Shown: positions 28,322 to 38,945, counted from the stretch's first letter. The stretch: 64,000 nt of DNA from Candidatus Hydrothermarchaeum profundi (GCA_002011125.2 MTMF02000009.1:1320989-1384988), one strand, 5' to 3'. Program-made: numbers and translations. Notes: generated by a model not told the origin, from the sequence alone.

Positions 28322-30006
28322 CTCACCAGATCTAAAAACTGTTTTGCTTTATCTGATATCTTGATCTTTTTAATCTCCTCTAGTCCCTCTAGCTTCTCTA
28401 GTGGTATAACGTCTCTTCTCCCTAATCTTATGATGACTTTTAAAACTTCTTTTAGCTCTTCTACCTCACTGTTAACCACTCGAGCAGCCACTTCTAATGG
28501 CAGGTCTGACATTAGGTATAGTGCAATACCTCCTACCGCTCTGCTAGAGGTGACTTTTAGGTAGTCTTGTAGTATCTCCTCTATCTCAAATTTCTTGAAT
28601 ACAACTTTTGGGGCATCTTTGACTAATATTACGTGCTCATCGATAAATCTCCCTACAGCTGAGATTATTTCCTCGTCACTCAATATCTCTAATGCACTCT
28701 CTAATTGCTCTTTTTCGGGAACGGGCTGAAGTCCAGGGAATATACTGGCATATCTCCGCTCTCTGTATGGTTTTATTAGGAGAAATCTAAATATATCCCA
28801 GGCGAAAAGAGTCCTCGGGATTTTAATTAATGTATCTTTCCTTATTTTTTGCCTATACTCTACCGCCATTTCCAGTTCTGGATCCAGATTGCCATATTCG
28901 TCCATCAATCCTATCTTTTTGAGTTCTTCTTCAAACTCCAGCATAAGTTCTCGCCTTTCTTCTGTAATTCTGAAGTCTAATGATACGGAGGGTGATATCA
29001 CGCCGGCCATACGAGACTCCATTTTCTCCCGTAGGTGTTCATACTTTTTTAGCTTATTGAGATCTACTTTTTTGCTAAGTAAATAATCGAGAATCTCGCT
29101 TCTCTTTTCTTTTAATATTTTTGTATACGCTATTGCTAGAACTTGTCGGTTATATCTTCCGCTTACAAGTATTGATCGCTCATGGTGATACCTTATATGT
29201 TCAATTACAATCCTACCGTATTTTTCTCTGAGGATGGTTTCGTAGTCTAATTTTTTTCCTTTCCGGACAGTTACTTGTTCTTTTTTAATGATCCATTTTC
29301 CGTTTTCTGGTGCTCTAAAGGTTACGGTAGCGGACTTAATCCTTCCTTTTTTCTTTTCTCTCAATACTTCTATTAAGTCTCGATATGCCATTCTCTCGGT
29401 TGGAGTGAATTTGCTTATTTCTAGGGTAAATTCCCCCCCATAAGGTAAGTGTGGCAGGATCTCTAGTCTAAAGATCCCTAGATCATTTTCCTTTATACTT
29501 ATGTTTTTTGAGTTGCATTTTTGGCAAATATATCTGCCAGTTTCTTCTATTATCCTCGTAGCGTCTTTCCCTTTAGCTTCTCTACCACATCTGTTACATA
29601 CTAATTGTACAAACTCTTCTAGGTGGCCGACGGCAATGTTGTGCGAAGCGATCGCTGATTTAGTCCTTTCAAATGTGCCTTTTTTCAGAGAAGCATTGGC
29701 TCTAAAAAACATTTTATGGCGGGCTACATCTCTTTGGTCTTCTATATCCTCTCTTTTATAACCTCCTTTTTCAATCGGTGAACCATATCTCCCCATACCT
29801 AGTGCGAAGTAAGGGGAATCAAAACCCCTCAGTTCCATCTCATCTTTTAGCTCTTTAAGTTCGTCTAGATTCCTCTTTAAAGTGTAGTATAAGTTACTAA
29901 AATAGTCTGCATCTTTACGTAGTCTCGCTAAATCTATTTTGATCTCGGCAGATATCTCATCCAGAGTTTGTATTGCCCGGTTGACTAGGGGGGTAACTTC
30001 GGCCAT
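28318..30006 (-). CDS. DUF530 family protein (Zn-ribbon, archaeal)
   Basis: GFDSPY, ERTKSAIASHNIAVGHLEE, CNRC/CQKC; conserved position after aIF1A-Rio1-KH. Confidence 0.8.
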   Translation of the reverse strand: MAEVTPLVNRAIQTLDEISAEIKIDLARLRKDADYFSNLYYTLKRNLDELKELKDEMELRGFDSPYFALGMGRYGSPIEKGGYKREDIEDQRDVARHKMFFRANASLKKGTFERTKSAIASHNIAVGHLEEFVQLVCNRCGREAKGKDATRIIEETGRYICQKCNSKNISIKENDLGIFRLEILPHLPYGGEFTLEISKFTPTERMAYRDLIEVLREKKKGRIKSATVTFRAPENGKWIIKKEQVTVRKGKKLDYETILREKYGRIVIEHIRYHHERSILVSGRYNRQVLAIAYTKILKEKRSEILDYLLSKKVDLNKLKKYEHLREKMESRMAGVISPSVSLDFRITEERRELMLEFEEELKKIGLMDEYGNLDPELEMAVEYRQKIRKDTLIKIPRTLFAWDIFRFLLIKPYRERRYASIFPGLQPVPEKEQLESALEILSDEEIISAVGRFIDEHVILVKDAPKVVFKKFEIEEILQDYLKVTSSRAVGGIALYLMSDLPLEVAARVVNSEVEELKEVLKVIIRLGRRDVIPLEKLEGLEEIKKIKISDKAKQFLDLVR

Positions 30007-30075
30007 TTCATCACCCAAAAAGAGGATGGGTATATTTTGCAAATATTTTTGTAGAGAAGGGTTATTTAAATCTTA

Positions 30076-30618
30076 TTACTTCCAAAGTGAAAAAGACTTT
30101 TCTTTAAGTTCTCTAGCTTTCCTTTGTAAAATCTTGTAAACTACTCCATGGGGTTTTCCTCTTGCTAGCATGAGTATAGCTTCTCTTGCAGCCTGCACTC
30201 TCTCTAGAGTGCCTACGATAGCAACGGTTTTGCCATATACACTCACGTCCGATCCGGTGCATTCTTCAATTATCTTTCTAGTCTTTCCGCCCTGACCAAT
30301 TATCCTCCCCTTCTGTCTTTTAAGTGCTTTAGGAGATTTTCCGACTATATCTTGCAGGTCTATTACTTCGAGTACGTATTCGTCGTGGCAAAGTTTCATT
30401 GCTTTTCTTGGATTAAATCCACGTCCAATTGCGGTGATGATATTCTTTGCCTTCCACTCGGCAAGTACATCTTCGCCCTTGTTCTGTATAGTGACGGTAC
30501 CCTCCTCATTGTCAACTGTAAGTTTAACATTTAATTTTTCTTCAATCTGTGATTTTACTTTACCTTCCTTTCCGATCAACACTCCTATTCTCTCAGAAGG
30601 TATCCTTATATACTCCAT
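30076..30618 (-). CDS. KH-domain rRNA processing protein (Dim2/Pno1-like)
   Basis: RIGVLIGKEG, AIGRGF, GRIIGQGGKTR, GKPHGVVY. Confidence 0.93.
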   Translation of the reverse strand: MEYIRIPSERIGVLIGKEGKVKSQIEEKLNVKLTVDNEEGTVTIQNKGEDVLAEWKAKNIITAIGRGFNPRKAMKLCHDEYVLEVIDLQDIVGKSPKALKRQKGRIIGQGGKTRKIIEECTGSDVSVYGKTVAIVGTLERVQAAREAILMLARGKPHGVVYKILQRKARELKEKSFSLWK

Positions 30619-31365
30619 TTAACATCCCTTCACATATTCTAGCGCTTTCTCAAAATCCTCCCCGAAAAATCTTGTAATATTGTATATGTCACGTCTTAAA
30701 AACTCCTCTGCCATTGGATGTTCTCTAATTACCGCAGCGGAGAAGTCTATGAGAATAGGTTCACTATCTTTCATTAAAATATTATACTCACTTAGATCTG
30801 CATGAACTAGGTTACATCCGCAGTAAAGCCTCTTTATATACTCAAGAATCTTATCGTAGACTGCTGTTGGTTTATCTAATTCTACTTCCTTTAGCATGGG
30901 ATAAGGATGCCCTCTCTTGCCTAGGAATTCCATTACCAGTACATTATTCCTAAAAGATACTGGCTTAGGTGCCGGTATACCGCACTCCATAGCTCGTTTA
31001 AGGTTCTTATACTCCTTCTTCACCCACGTATAAACTATACTTCGTCTATTTTTTTTGATACCTCGAAATCTAATATCTCCATCTATATATTTTAGCATTG
31101 AGCGATAGTCACTTGTTCCCACTAAATGTATCTTAACAGCTAGGTTTTTTCGGCCTTTTTTTCCTAGAAAGATATTAGATTCTTTGCCTGATTTTACTAC
31201 TCCGTAAAGGAGGTCTATCACACCTTTATTAGATAAATAATATAAGGAGAGTAATGTAGACTTATCGAATACTTCGTCATATATTTTGAAGTCTTCGACT
31301 CCTTTTATCTTCTTAAGCATGGAGTCGATTTTCTGGTCCAGTAAAGAGATTTTCTTCTCCAGCAC
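30619..31365 (-). CDS. rio1: Serine/threonine kinase Rio1
   Basis: SGKES, WVKKEYKNL, LVHADLSEYNIL, IDF. Confidence 0.93.
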   Translation of the reverse strand: MLEKKISLLDQKIDSMLKKIKGVEDFKIYDEVFDKSTLLSLYYLSNKGVIDLLYGVVKSGKESNIFLGKKGRKNLAVKIHLVGTSDYRSMLKYIDGDIRFRGIKKNRRSIVYTWVKKEYKNLKRAMECGIPAPKPVSFRNNVLVMEFLGKRGHPYPMLKEVELDKPTAVYDKILEYIKRLYCGCNLVHADLSEYNILMKDSEPILIDFSAAVIREHPMAEEFLRRDIYNITRFFGEDFEKALEYVKGC

Positions 31366-31366
31366 A

Positions 31367-31654
31367 TTATAAGACTCCTTTGTTAATAAGCCGATTAACC
31401 TGCGGTTTAGTGTACCGCCAGACGATATCTCCTTTTTCTTCTCCTTGGACGTCCCATGGTTTGACTAGAACCACATCTCCTTCTCTAATCCATATCTTTC
31501 TCCTTATTTTTCCCGGTATCCTGCATATGCGTATTTTATCATCTTTGCACCGGACTTGCATTCTGCTTGCCCCAAGCATTCTTTCAACTATGCCAAACAC
31601 TTCGTCGTCTTTTGGCATTCTTAACCGTTTGAGTTCAGGTGCTTCTTCTACCAG
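31367..31654 (-). CDS. eif1a: Translation initiation factor aIF1A (probable CTG start at 31654; first ATG at 31618)
   Basis: [34 protein letters not shown]. Confidence 0.93.
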   Translation of the reverse strand: MVEEAPELKRLRMPKDDEVFGIVERMLGASRMQVRCKDDKIRICRIPGKIRRKIWIREGDVVLVKPWDVQGEEKGDIVWRYTKPQVNRLINKGVL

Positions 31655-31693
31655 TAAAATACCTCCAAATTTGTTTAGAAACCTTTATCTATA

Positions 31694-32809
31694 TTATCTT
31701 GTTATCTCATATGATGCAACTGTCTCATATAGTTCTTGTGCTTTTGTATTTTTCTCGAAATGATCTCTAATGGGTTCTATCAGTTCATTCAGGCGTTCTG
31801 CGACTGCAATCTTTAGGTCTTGAGGATGTAAATCCCCCGATACAAAAGCTTTTTCTAACTCTGCATATGAATAAAACGTAACGTCGCCCCCGAATTTTGG
31901 AGGCCTCTTAACCTCCAGTTCATGTGAGCTTCTGAAAATTATCTCTTTACAATATTCTAAGATAGGATTTCCTTCAACTACTTTCATCGGACAAAAGGCG
32001 GAGTTTATTTTTTTAGTAATCTCCTCTTTTGAATCGTGGACGAATATTGCGGTTTCAGGTAAAGATTTAGACATCTTGGAACTTATCTCCACATCTATAC
32101 CCGAGTTCTCGTCAAAACCTTTCCCTTTAACAGGACCTTTAAGTCCCATTAGCATTCTATGACTAACGATTACGGGTCTACCATCGACTCCACAGTCAAC
32201 GTAGTCTAACTGTTCTTTCATTCCTTTTTTTCCAGATATCTCTCTCGCTAACATATTCACTTTTCTTTGGTCCATACCGAGTTGGCAGATATCTGCTTTA
32301 ATATGGAATATATCAGCGCACTGCATACTGGGATAGAATACAAATGCCGTGGGTTGCGAGTCGTCAGCTTCTCTGCCTGCTATAGCTAAGCTTCGTTTGG
32401 TTCTTGTTAGCGAGTGGTTTTTAGCTATTAAAATGACTTTCTTCCAGTATTCTGGATCATCGAAGAAGTCTTTATGCCATATGACTTTTACTTTTTTCAT
32501 ATCTACTCCTGCAGCCTTCCAGACTTCTATGAAATATCTCCCGGCGTCTCTTATTTTCTCAAGATCTCCTCCAAATTTGTTGTTAATCCATGCAAAAGAA
32601 TCTGCGAGCAGTAGTTTTACTTTGACGCCTGCCGTAATCAGGTCTTTTAATAGAAGCGGCCTGTAGACGCCTACTGGCAGATGGGCAATACCACTTGGCT
32701 CGAACCCATCGTATGCTACTGGATGCTTTTTTTCTTCAAGAAGTCTTCGTAGTTCTTCTTCAGTTATTATCTCTTGTCCTATGTTCTTTATGATTTCAAA
32801 CCTATCCAT
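31694..32809 (-). CDS. tyrS: Tyrosine-tRNA ligase
   Basis: YDGFEPSG, YPSMQCAD, GMDQRKV, KMSKS, LHPQDLK. Confidence 0.95.
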   Translation of the reverse strand: MDRFEIIKNIGQEIITEEELRRLLEEKKHPVAYDGFEPSGIAHLPVGVYRPLLLKDLITAGVKVKLLLADSFAWINNKFGGDLEKIRDAGRYFIEVWKAAGVDMKKVKVIWHKDFFDDPEYWKKVILIAKNHSLTRTKRSLAIAGREADDSQPTAFVFYPSMQCADIFHIKADICQLGMDQRKVNMLAREISGKKGMKEQLDYVDCGVDGRPVIVSHRMLMGLKGPVKGKGFDENSGIDVEISSKMSKSLPETAIFVHDSKEEITKKINSAFCPMKVVEGNPILEYCKEIIFRSSHELEVKRPPKFGGDVTFYSYAELEKAFVSGDLHPQDLKIAVAERLNELIEPIRDHFEKNTKAQELYETVASYEITR

Positions 32810-32891
32810 CTCAACACCCAAAAAATATTGCTGTGAGCAATATTCCATGATAAAGGTAGAAAAACTTTATTAACTTTATTACAAGAAGTGG

Positions 32892-33410
32892 ATGATTATG
32901 GCGCTAAGAACGTTAAAACCAAAGAAGATAGACCCTTCTTTTATAAATGAAGTCAAGGCCGCTGGAGGAAAAAATATCGGGGCATGTTTCCAATGTGGGA
33001 CATGTGTAAGCTCATGTCCTGCGGGGCTAGTTACTACATATAAGATTAGGAAGATATTGAGGAAAACTTCTCTCGGTTTAAAAGACGATGTTTTAAAGAG
33101 CGAGGATATCTGGAAGTGTACGACGTGTCTAGCGTGCTATGATAGGTGTCCTAGGGGTGTAGAGCCGGTAGAAGTGATATTAGCTATAAGAAATATCGCA
33201 GTAAGGCATGGATATTTTCCTGAGAAACTTAAGAGTAATTTGAGAAATATTATAAACGCTGGGCAGCTGGTGACATTGACTGATGATATAAGTGGTTTTA
33301 GAGTGGAGTTGGGCCTGAGTGAGAACTCTCCTCATATGAAGTCTTCTAAAGCCCTCGATGAAGTTAACAAGATTTTGGAGATTACGGGTATAGAAGGATT
33401 GGAGGTATAA
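32892..33410 (+). CDS. hdrC: Heterodisulfide reductase subunit C
   Basis: CFQCGTCVSSCP and IWKCTTCLACYDRCPRGV. Confidence 0.92.
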   Translation: MIMALRTLKPKKIDPSFINEVKAAGGKNIGACFQCGTCVSSCPAGLVTTYKIRKILRKTSLGLKDDVLKSEDIWKCTTCLACYDRCPRGVEPVEVILAIRNIAVRHGYFPEKLKSNLRNIINAGQLVTLTDDISGFRVELGLSENSPHMKSSKALDEVNKILEITGIEGLEV

Positions 33411-33412
33411 GT

Positions 33413-34297
33413 GTGAGGTATTCTCTTTTCTTGGGATGTGTTGCACCGCACCGTTATCCTGGGATTGAAGCGGCTACGAGGAAAATATTTGATAGGCTGG
33501 GTATAGATTTAATTGATATGGGCGATGCTTCTTGCTGTCCTGCGCCAGGTGTCTTCAGATCCATAGATAATTTAACATGGTTAGCGCTTGGAGCTAGGAA
33601 TATTACTATAGCCGAGGAGAATAAAGCTGATATTCTGACTGTGTGTAATGGATGTTTTGGCTCATTAAACGAAGTCAATTATAGGTTAAAAAATGATGTT
33701 ATCACTAGGTTGGAAGTGAACGATATTTTATCGAAGATAAATAGGGAATACAAGGGGGAGAGGGAGGTAAAACATGTTGTAGATGTGTTGTATAATGATG
33801 TAGGAGTAAAAGTTATAAAGGAAAGCGTAGCTGTGCCTTTAGAAGCTTTAAAAGTTGCAGTGCACTATGGGTGTCATTTCTTAAGACCTAAGACCCATTT
33901 AGAGCATAATGGCAGTGCTAGAATGAAAGCATTTAATGCGTTGGTAGAGGCAACTGGGGCTACTAATGTCGTCTATAGGGACAAACTTTTGTGTTGTGGG
34001 GCTGGTGGCGGGTTGAGATCTAATGACTTAGAGTCTTCTTTAGAGATTGCTAAACAAAAGTTAGAGAATATCCGTGAATCGGGGGCGGATATTATAGTCA
34101 ATCCTTGCTCGTTTTGTACATTTCATTTAGATACTTCTCAGCCTGCATTAAACGAGAAATATGGGGAAACCTTTAGGATCCCTGTACTCCATTATGTTCA
34201 GTTTCTTGGCCTGGCGATGGGATTAAAGCCCTATGAGTTGGGATTACAGAAACACTTAATACCTCTAGATGATTTACTGGAGAAGGTGGGTGTATGA
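33413..34297 (+). CDS. hdrB: Heterodisulfide reductase subunit B
   Basis: FLGC..RYPGIE, SCCPAPG, CNGC, HYGCH, CCGAGGG. Confidence 0.94.
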   Translation: MRYSLFLGCVAPHRYPGIEAATRKIFDRLGIDLIDMGDASCCPAPGVFRSIDNLTWLALGARNITIAEENKADILTVCNGCFGSLNEVNYRLKNDVITRLEVNDILSKINREYKGEREVKHVVDVLYNDVGVKVIKESVAVPLEALKVAVHYGCHFLRPKTHLEHNGSARMKAFNALVEATGATNVVYRDKLLCCGAGGGLRSNDLESSLEIAKQKLENIRESGADIIVNPCSFCTFHLDTSQPALNEKYGETFRIPVLHYVQFLGLAMGLKPYELGLQKHLIPLDDLLEKVGV

Positions 34298-34812
34298 ATT
34301 TAGAAACTTTGCAGCAGGTTTGGTTAGTTACAATGAATATGGCAACCGAAGTTAGACGTAAAGGCATTGAAGTAGGCAATGCCTTTGACTATCTTAGGAC
34401 TGCTAAGGTGATATTAAACGAAAGGACCTTCGGCGAGACCGAGGATAGAGGTTTCCTTTTTAGAGCTTCTGAGCTTATAGACAATGCGCAGAGGGATATC
34501 TTCATTGCAGCCGAAGCTCTTGGTAAAGAATTCACAGTTGACTGGGAGAATAAAATTAGGGAGGTCCTTAATGGAAAGAAAGTGGGAGAATTCCCTGCAA
34601 CTAGATCATCTAAATTTTATTCACAGCTCCCGAGAAGTAAGAATTGGGTTAGGGTGCCAGATAAGAAGGAAGTTAAAGAAAAGGTTGAGGAACTTAAGGA
34701 CATTGAGGTTAGGCCTCATGGAGAGGGATATCTATTATTGATAGGCGATAAAGCTTCTTTGAGAAAAGCTCTTGACGCAATTTCTCCCGTTATGAGGGTG
34801 AAAGAACGATAA
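34294..34812 (+). CDS. DUF2096-like protein
   Basis: QQVWLV..LRTAK pattern; family often follows hdrCB in methanogens. Confidence 0.6.
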   Translation: MNLETLQQVWLVTMNMATEVRRKGIEVGNAFDYLRTAKVILNERTFGETEDRGFLFRASELIDNAQRDIFIAAEALGKEFTVDWENKIREVLNGKKVGEFPATRSSKFYSQLPRSKNWVRVPDKKEVKEKVEELKDIEVRPHGEGYLLLIGDKASLRKALDAISPVMRVKER

Positions 34813-35636
34813 TAGATTGCCATGCCCATGTTTCACAAAAGCCGAGGGCTATACCTGATGACCTTAAAGAAGCCGCCTTCGGGTATCACCTCAGAACAGG
34901 TATAGAAGTTACTCGGTATGGGGTGGTTGATGATCTTTTAGAACAATCTGTCTCATATGGAGTTTCTAAAATTTGCGTTTCGCCGCTAATAAGCTCCGCG
35001 AGGGAGGAATATGAAGGACTTAATGATTTCACTTCCTATGTGGTTAGAGATAACCCCTGTTTCGAAGGATTTGCTGTAGTTCATCCTTTTCAAAAATATG
35101 CGAAAGGAGAGCTTGAGAGAGCCATATACGATCTGGAGTTAAAAGGACTTTTTCTTGATCCTGAGTTACAGGGATTCAGATTTTCTGATGATAGATTCTG
35201 GGATTTTCTGGAATTCGTGAAGACCCTTAAAATTCCTGTTTTTGTTCATTGCGAATATAATTCCGAAAATAAGTTTTTTGTGCCTGAAGAGGTTAATGAA
35301 GTGATTATTAGTTTTCCAAGAGTAAACTTTATTTTCCCTCAAGCTGTAGGATGGGATAAAGTATATTCTGAGGAGAATGTATTCTATGATACATCACATT
35401 CTTCTTCTGACAAGCTATTAGAAATGGTAACGGAATTAGGGGCAGACAAGGTATTATTCGGCTCTGACTTCAAATATAACTTCTACCCGGCTTATGAGAT
35501 AGAGAAAATCCAGGGACTTGACTTGTCTGAGGAAGAAAAGGAGAAGATTCTTGGGGGGAATATGGCACAGCTTTTTGGTGTTTCTGTTGAGAAAGGCACG
35601 AGGTTTTCTGGTTTTTTTAAAAGATTTTTTCGGTAA
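34806..35636 (+). CDS. Amidohydrolase-family (TIM-barrel) metal-dependent hydrolase; true start probably ACG at 34806
   Basis: IIDCHAH motif in frame upstream of the ORF-track start, PVFVH, YDTS, VLFGSDF, ILGGN. Confidence 0.82.
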   Translation, partial: TIIDCHAHVSQKPRAIPDDLKEAAFGYHLRTGIEVTRYGVVDDLLEQSVSYGVSKICVSPLISSAREEYEGLNDFTSYVVRDNPCFEGFAVVHPFQKYAKGELERAIYDLELKGLFLDPELQGFRFSDDRFWDFLEFVKTLKIPVFVHCEYNSENKFFVPEEVNEVIISFPRVNFIFPQAVGWDKVYSEENVFYDTSHSSSDKLLEMVTELGADKVLFGSDFKYNFYPAYEIEKIQGLDLSEEEKEKILGGNMAQLFGVSVEKGTRFSGFFKRFFR

Positions 35637-35642
35637 TTATCC

Positions 35643-36674
35643 TTAATATGTTCTATAGATCAAAAAGTCGGCGAGAATCTTTAATTTTTCCATCGCTTCA
35701 TTATTGATCCCTGTTTTTTCGAGATGACTTATAGCTTCTTTTTCGTATTTATCAGCTATCCGACGTGAATATGTTTGAGCGTTGACTTTTTCTAAGATGT
35801 GAAGTACTTTTTTTATGTCTTCTTCACTGGAAGACTCTTTCTCGTAGATTTCAATTAGTGTCTCCCTATCTTCTTTTGAGGCTTTTTCAAAGGCGTAGAG
35901 AACAGGGAGAGTTTTCTTCTTGTTTTTAATATCACTTGCGTGGGGTTTCCCGGTTTTTTTTGCATCCTGCCATATCCCTAAGATATCATCAACTATCTGG
36001 AAGGCTATCCCGATCTTTCTTCCAAATGCTCTGAAGTGTTTTATTGTACTTTCATCGTTCGTGGCGAGTATAGCCCCTATGTGCGTCGATGCCTCTATTA
36101 AGGCAGCGGTTTTTCTGGAGATCATATCTATATACATTTCGGGAGTTACATCTGTTCTCCCTTCAAAGTCCATGTCTAAGTATTGCCCTTCACATAACTC
36201 GATAACTGTGTTGTTAAGTATAGCGAGTACGTCTACAATTTTTGATTCGGTTACATTACGGTCTCTCAAGTTTAAGGCTGCTAGATTAGCCATTACATGC
36301 ATTCCATCTCCTACGTTTATAGCATGGGGAACTCCCCAAAGCTTCCATACTGTTGGTTTGTGTCTTCTCTCTTCATCCATGTCTTCGATATCATCGTGAA
36401 TTAATGAAAAATTATGTATCAGCTCTAAAGCCGCCGCCGCTGGTAGAGCTTTATCATATACCCCACTTAGGGCATTATAGGTTAAGAGGCAAAGTGTCGG
36501 TCTAAATCTTTTGCCTCTATACTGCTCTATCGGTCTTAAGTTTTCGTCAAGCCAGCCGAGATGATATTTCATCATGTCATAGAGAGGTTTAGGAAACATT
36601 CTTTTCTCGAAAATGGATTTTATTTCGTTGTCTATCATTTCGAGATGCTGGTAGAGTATACTTTCTGCATTCAA
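35643..36674 (-). CDS. idsA: Geranylgeranyl/polyprenyl diphosphate synthase
   Basis: GKRFRP, LIHDDIED, GQYLD, KTAAL, FQIVDD. Confidence 0.93.
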   Translation of the reverse strand: MNAESILYQHLEMIDNEIKSIFEKRMFPKPLYDMMKYHLGWLDENLRPIEQYRGKRFRPTLCLLTYNALSGVYDKALPAAAALELIHNFSLIHDDIEDMDEERRHKPTVWKLWGVPHAINVGDGMHVMANLAALNLRDRNVTESKIVDVLAILNNTVIELCEGQYLDMDFEGRTDVTPEMYIDMISRKTAALIEASTHIGAILATNDESTIKHFRAFGRKIGIAFQIVDDILGIWQDAKKTGKPHASDIKNKKKTLPVLYAFEKASKEDRETLIEIYEKESSSEEDIKKVLHILEKVNAQTYSRRIADKYEKEAISHLEKTGINNEAMEKLKILADFLIYRTY

Positions 36675-36933
36675 TTTGGAAGACTCTCCGTTTTTTGAGT
36701 TGAAGTATAAGAGCTTTCAATAAAAATATTTCGAAGGATACCGTTTGTATTATGAGTAGTTAAAGTTGTTTGATAGGTAATCCTGGGGTGAGTTGGTAAG
36801 CCTTGTTAGTCTCACTCATTCTCCTTATACTATTTTGGTTCAGAGTCTACTATTTAGATTAATATTTTTTTAGAAGATTGATGGCCTGATAAACTAAGTA
36901 TTTAATAAAATGATGGAGAACAGAACCTTAAAA

Positions 36934-38832
36934 TTAAGCTTTATGTAGCTCTGGCGAAGGCTTATCTATGCCCTGTGGCAGAGGTAGTAGGTCTTTTACT
37001 CTTTCTATTAGACCTTCCTTGTCTCCTTTCCACACAAAGGCTTTTTCTAGGGCCTGAGATAGATTTTTAACAGGTATTATTTCTATGGTCTTTGCTTTCT
37101 TTTTATCTATCATAACATCTTTCATGTTACCTTCCGGTATCACGATCTTTTTAATACCGGCTGAAATTGCTGCTTCTATCTTAGCGTTTACGCCTCCTAC
37201 TGGTAATACATCTCCTCGCACGCTTAGACTACCTGTCATGGCTATAGACTGATCTACCGGTATGTTTTCTAACGCAGATATTACTGCAGTGGCCACAGAT
37301 ATGCTTGCACTGTCTCCTTCTACCCCTTCATAGGTTTGGAGAAACTGTATATGGACATCATATTTTGAGATATCTCTCCCGGTGTGTTTCTTTATTACTG
37401 CGCTAACGTTTTGTATTGCTTCCTTCGCTATTTCTTGCAACTTTCCAGTAGCTATTATCTTCCCCTCCTCTTTACTGTGTGCAGGAGCTACTTCCGCAAC
37501 AATTGGGAGGATAACACCGCTATCACTCCCGATTACAGCGAGACCATTTACTCTACCTATCTCTTCTCCTTCTATCCTGTAAACATTATAGTCTTTCCTG
37601 ATACTTATGTATCTATCTGCAATTTGTTGCTCGAGAGTCCTCGCTATCTTCTTGGCAGTTTTAATATGTTGTGCGGTTACAATTGGTGCGTTCTCGCTTC
37701 TTGCGACATCACCAGCTGCTCGTATAAGTCCACCGAGATTGCGCAACCTAAGGGTTAACTTACCTCGCCTGCCTGACCTTCTCCTAGCTTCCTCTATTAT
37801 CTCTTTTACAGCATCCCTTGAAAAATGAGGTATCTTTTGATCTTTAACTACCTCCTGAGCAACAAATTGAACTAGTTTGTTTCTATTTTCAGGAGTATCC
37901 TCCATTACATCTTTCATGTATATTTCATATCCATATCCTCTAATTCTAGATCTCAATGCGGGATGCATATTTTGGACTGCTTCAAGGTTTCCAGCCGCTA
38001 CTAATATAAAGTCACAGGGCACAGGCTCGGTTCTAACCATTGCACCGCTAGAGCGTTCGCTTCGACCAGTAATTGAAAATTTCTTTTCTTGCATCGCGGT
38101 CAGTAGGTTTTGTTGGGATTCTATCCCTAAAGTGGCTATCTCATCAATGAAGAGAACCCCTTTATTTGCTCTGTGTATTGCTCCAGCTTCAATCAACTCA
38201 TGTGGGGGGGTTTCCAATCCACCGGACTGGAAAGGATCGTGTCTAACATCACCAAAAAGAGCTCCCGCATGGGCTCCAGTGGCATCGATAAAAGGCGCTT
38301 TCTTTTTTTCAGAGTTGTTGATTAGAAGCTTAGGGACCATTACTTCATCTTTGATCTTGATGTATTGTCTGCCCATAAGTAGAAAGACCGAAGCTATGAT
38401 ACCTGCGAATAGTACCATCGGTTGGGCCCCGGGTGCTAGGAAGCCGTAATATAGTACAAGGAATAGGATTGCGAAGAAAAGCATCTTAAACATAGTGTTT
38501 ACAGGAGCCTCTACTTTCCTCTTTTGCTCTCTGAATCGCTCTACTATCTTTTCTCCACTACCTGCTTTTACTACTTCTATTCGAGGATTGTTTTTGTCGG
38601 CAGGGTTCGGATGGACTAGCACATCTTCAAGTTCTTCGGTCGGCAACAGTTCCGACATAGCCATTCCGAGCATACTTTTACCGGTACCTGGCTCACCTAT
38701 CAAGAGGATATGACGTTTTTGTTTCGCTGCTTTCCTGATTATCTCAACTGCATGCTCTTGTCCGATTACTTGATCTATAAGTTTTTTTGGCACTTCGATC
38801 TCTTCGGTTGTCTCGAATTTCATCAACGCCAA
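36934..38832 (-). CDS. lonB: Archaeal membrane-anchored ATP-dependent protease LonB
   Basis: GEPGTGKS, two TM segments, HDPFQSGGL, VEGDSAS, PVGGVNAK. Confidence 0.96.
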   Translation of the reverse strand: MALMKFETTEEIEVPKKLIDQVIGQEHAVEIIRKAAKQKRHILLIGEPGTGKSMLGMAMSELLPTEELEDVLVHPNPADKNNPRIEVVKAGSGEKIVERFREQKRKVEAPVNTMFKMLFFAILFLVLYYGFLAPGAQPMVLFAGIIASVFLLMGRQYIKIKDEVMVPKLLINNSEKKKAPFIDATGAHAGALFGDVRHDPFQSGGLETPPHELIEAGAIHRANKGVLFIDEIATLGIESQQNLLTAMQEKKFSITGRSERSSGAMVRTEPVPCDFILVAAGNLEAVQNMHPALRSRIRGYGYEIYMKDVMEDTPENRNKLVQFVAQEVVKDQKIPHFSRDAVKEIIEEARRRSGRRGKLTLRLRNLGGLIRAAGDVARSENAPIVTAQHIKTAKKIARTLEQQIADRYISIRKDYNVYRIEGEEIGRVNGLAVIGSDSGVILPIVAEVAPAHSKEEGKIIATGKLQEIAKEAIQNVSAVIKKHTGRDISKYDVHIQFLQTYEGVEGDSASISVATAVISALENIPVDQSIAMTGSLSVRGDVLPVGGVNAKIEAAISAGIKKIVIPEGNMKDVMIDKKKAKTIEIIPVKNLSQALEKAFVWKGDKEGLIERVKDLLPLPQGIDKPSPELHKA

Positions 38833-38945
38833 GCTAAACCACCTTCCCTTAGGGGATTTTAATTATTGATTTTCTACTTTAAATACCTTGGGTACCCCCT
38901 CCTTTCTAGGAAATTTTATATATTTTTCAATTATAGCTCTTGGAT

